The translations under genes and the position numbers were made by a program. The notes under the pieces were generated by a model. That model ran no database searches, was not told where the DNA came from, and saw only the letters and a list, made by a program, of their open reading frames with translations. A DNA stretch of 64,000 nt from Blastocatellia bacterium. GTDB lineage: Bacteria > Acidobacteriota > Blastocatellia > UBA7656. Where the stretch lies: positions 160,001 to 224,000 of the forward strand of contig CAVXWP010000006.1 of NCBI GenBank assembly GCA_963765495.1, in the 5' to 3' direction. Positions 63,162 through 64,000 of this stretch are shown here, one piece after another (the first letter of the stretch is position 1; each line of letters starts with the position of its first letter).

Positions 63162-64000
63162 ATGCTGATGAGAAAATGGTTTGTCCTGTCTGTCGTCTCT
63201 GTTGCCTTTGCCTGTCTTCTGCCCTTGCTTGAAGGCCCGTTCCAGGGCGCGCAGGCACAGACCGAAACAACGTTTGGACCGGAAACCTTTACACGCGGGT
63301 CAACGAAGAAAGCCACCTTTTCTCGTTCTTTCACCGCCGATCAATCGCGTCCATACACGCTCACTCTGATCAACGGAGCAGGCGACGGCTCATTGCGCGC
63401 AAAGAAAGGTATCGTGACGCTGGACGGCACCATGATTCTTGGAAAGGATGTATTCAACAAGCGCGCCGACCGCATCGTTGTCGCCGTAAATCTTTCTCAA
63501 CAGAACGATCTCAATTTCTGGTTCAAGGGCCCGGAAGGATGTTTCGTAAGCGTCTCGATTGACCCGGTGCCAGATGGTTTGCTAAACGATCCTGCAAGCA
63601 GTGATTTCGATTCGAAACAGGCCGGAATAGGGTTTCCATTCTCAGTAGACATAGATCAATCGAACCATCGCGCGTATGTCTCTGACCGCTATCGTGATTC
63701 GGTGATCGAGTTCAACATACCCGAGGCTTCGATCTCTCGATGGTTCACAGACCTTGATGGCGATACCGCCCTCGACAACGGCGCTACGGCCGGAGTCGCT
63801 TTCAACTCAAATGCCCGCAACGTAGTCGCAATCAACGAAGGCGCTACCGGGAACGGAAGCGTCGCGGTCATAAATCTGGATAACGGGTTTGTAAACGTCA
63901 CGACCGTGACGAGCAATGACGGCAATACATCTCCCGTCTATGCGGCTGTAAACCCCGCAAACAGCATAGCCGCTTTCACCGGGCAATATAACGTGAACGG
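63162..64000 (+). CDS. Secreted protein with a probable YVTN/NHL-type beta-propeller (3'-truncated by the window)
   Basis: Open frame MLMRKWFVLSVVSVAFACLL...FGPETFTRG...IDQSNHRAYVSD...GSVAVINL... to the window end. Confidence 0.7.
   Translation, partial: MLMRKWFVLSVVSVAFACLLPLLEGPFQGAQAQTETTFGPETFTRGSTKKATFSRSFTADQSRPYTLTLINGAGDGSLRAKKGIVTLDGTMILGKDVFNKRADRIVVAVNLSQQNDLNFWFKGPEGCFVSVSIDPVPDGLLNDPASSDFDSKQAGIGFPFSVDIDQSNHRAYVSDRYRDSVIEFNIPEASISRWFTDLDGDTALDNGATAGVAFNSNARNVVAINEGATGNGSVAVINLDNGFVNVTTVTSNDGNTSPVYAAVNPANSIAAFTGQYNVN

Overview
A 64-kb bacterial chromosomal window, most likely Acidobacteriota. This is inferred from two tandem ADOP-type orphan permeases, an Oar-like TonB-dependent receptor and an ECF sigma/Ser-Thr kinase pair. 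Core genes include pilMNOPQ plus a roadblock gene, secA, efp-waaA-lpxK, rsmB and queC. An accessory block (about 10.7-26.2 kb) holds two paralogous cassettes. Each cassette pairs a secreted fibre protein carrying a self-cleaving S74 chaperone domain with a small secreted partner, and each sits next to its own signalling system. One of those systems is an ECF sigma factor followed by a kinase-AAA fusion and an AAA-TM-WD40 protein, which looks like a receptor kinase split by a paired STAND-like ATPase module; the kinase frame is currently broken twice. Intergenic spaces hold at least 7 families of inverted short-tandem-repeat hairpin elements. Some supply stop codons to genes, and one is translated inside waaA and lpxK. 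The predicted pil promoter has a G8 tract in its -35/-10 spacer. I recognised no rRNA, tRNA, CRISPR array, transposase or integrase. All assignments are by-eye motif recognition, with no database searches.
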